Assembly (NCBI GenBank): GCA_002269645.1
Contig: NIVC01002313.1
Span: forward strand, 1-64,000
From: Macrostomum lignano
Taxonomy: Eukaryota
Direction: 5' to 3'
DNA length: 64,000 bases
Shown here: in pieces, positions 63,026-64,000 of the stretch
Numbering within the stretch: position 1 is the first letter of the stretch
Layout of the letters: every line of letters begins with the position of its first letter
The notes under the pieces: model-generated
The model's input: the letters and a program-made list of their open reading frames with translations, nothing else
Told to the model about the DNA's origin: nothing
The model's database searches: none
Position numbers and translations under genes: made by a program

Positions 63026-64000
63026 CAAGAAAGAGCGATCAGTCAGCAGCAGGAGAGTCAGCAGGCAGAACCATTCACTCTAAAAGAGCAATAGGCAGCA
63101 TCCTTGCAAAGCCGGTACCTATCCAATTCCAATTCCAATGAAAGCGCAGTGCAAAGCCAGCCAGCATCAATCTGTTGTCACAGCCGCCGGGCCAGCAGCA
63201 ATCCATTACTATTTGCTAATCGAGATGCTTTTAGAAGGTAGAATGGCAAAATTTTGTTAACCCCAGACGCATCTGCTTCTGCTCTTCATCCCGAGAGGTC
63301 TATTATTCTCCCAAGGACCCGTGTTGTGTGTGTTTGGCCTCCCCCCGAGCGTCGTTTGCCACTTTGCTCTGTGCGTAAATTGTTTTGCTTTAGTAAAAGC
63401 TTTTAGAAGAATTGCCTTCCCGGTGCCTTCGGGGGTCGCTGTTGCCGTCTGAACCAGGGTTTAATTGCGACATTTAAATAAGCCAAAACTGACTGGACAC
63501 GGGGGGGGGGGCTCGGGCGGGTCAAGGAGATCCTAGAAGCTAGAATCTGGATTGCGGAACTCTGGAGTCAGCGCAACGAGCAGAATTGCTATCAGCGCTG
63601 GTTGTGTGGGACAATGTCGCCGAAGACTAATCCAGACTCTAGCTTCAGCGCTCCTTGGCAATGGCCAACTGACTTTTGGCGCCGCCTCCTCCCTCTCTCT
63701 CTCCCAGGCCTCCTCGCCTCTCAGATCAAGGTCTAATTCGTTTTGACAACTACTATGAGGCCTGATGTGGGCGCGGCATTTTTTGACTCGATCTGCCCTC
63801 CCCTTCACTTGGGGCATTGAGAATTGCCTTCTTATTGTAGCCAAGACGCTTTTAAATAGAACATCTGGATTGAGGAGTTTTCGTTTTCTTCACAAAACTA
63901 TTAGATATCGATTAGTGAATCACGAGATGCACATATATGAAATGTCAAACTATGAGTTATTGACTGTCAAACCATGAGATACCAACTGTCAAATCATGAG

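Noticed and set aside
63119-63206. Third possible phase-1 first exon (MDCCWPGG...NWI G|gtaccg)
   Set aside because: No convincing hydrophobic core, weak donor, no promoter motifs seen.

Overview
Metazoan eukaryotic genomic DNA, not prokaryotic. GC-rich exons in minisatellite-packed introns resemble the flatworm Macrostomum (inference, not proven). Two convergent multi-exon genes can be reconstructed by hand with consistent GT-AG phases. (1) On +, the 3' part of a MYBBP1A/Pol5 nucleolar protein gene: 9 exons, 372-8885, with one unexplained frameshift near 3690. (2) On -, a complete UNC5 netrin receptor gene (signal peptide-Ig-Ig-TSP1-TSP1-TM-ZU5-UPA-death domain): 11 exons, 43167-10693, 3234 nt, 1077 aa. 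A second candidate signal-peptide first exon lies 14.7 kb upstream (57867-57726). UNC5 intron 6 holds a full-length DD34D mariner with an intact ORF, preceded by a splice acceptor in phase with the UNC5 TM exon. Also present: a tRNA-derived SINE, a 155-bp hAT-type MITE with an 8-bp TSD inside a satellite, a possible hAT transposase relic, and over 40 tandem arrays that fill almost every intron up to the splice sites. Most long ORFs in the supplied track are artefacts of these arrays.
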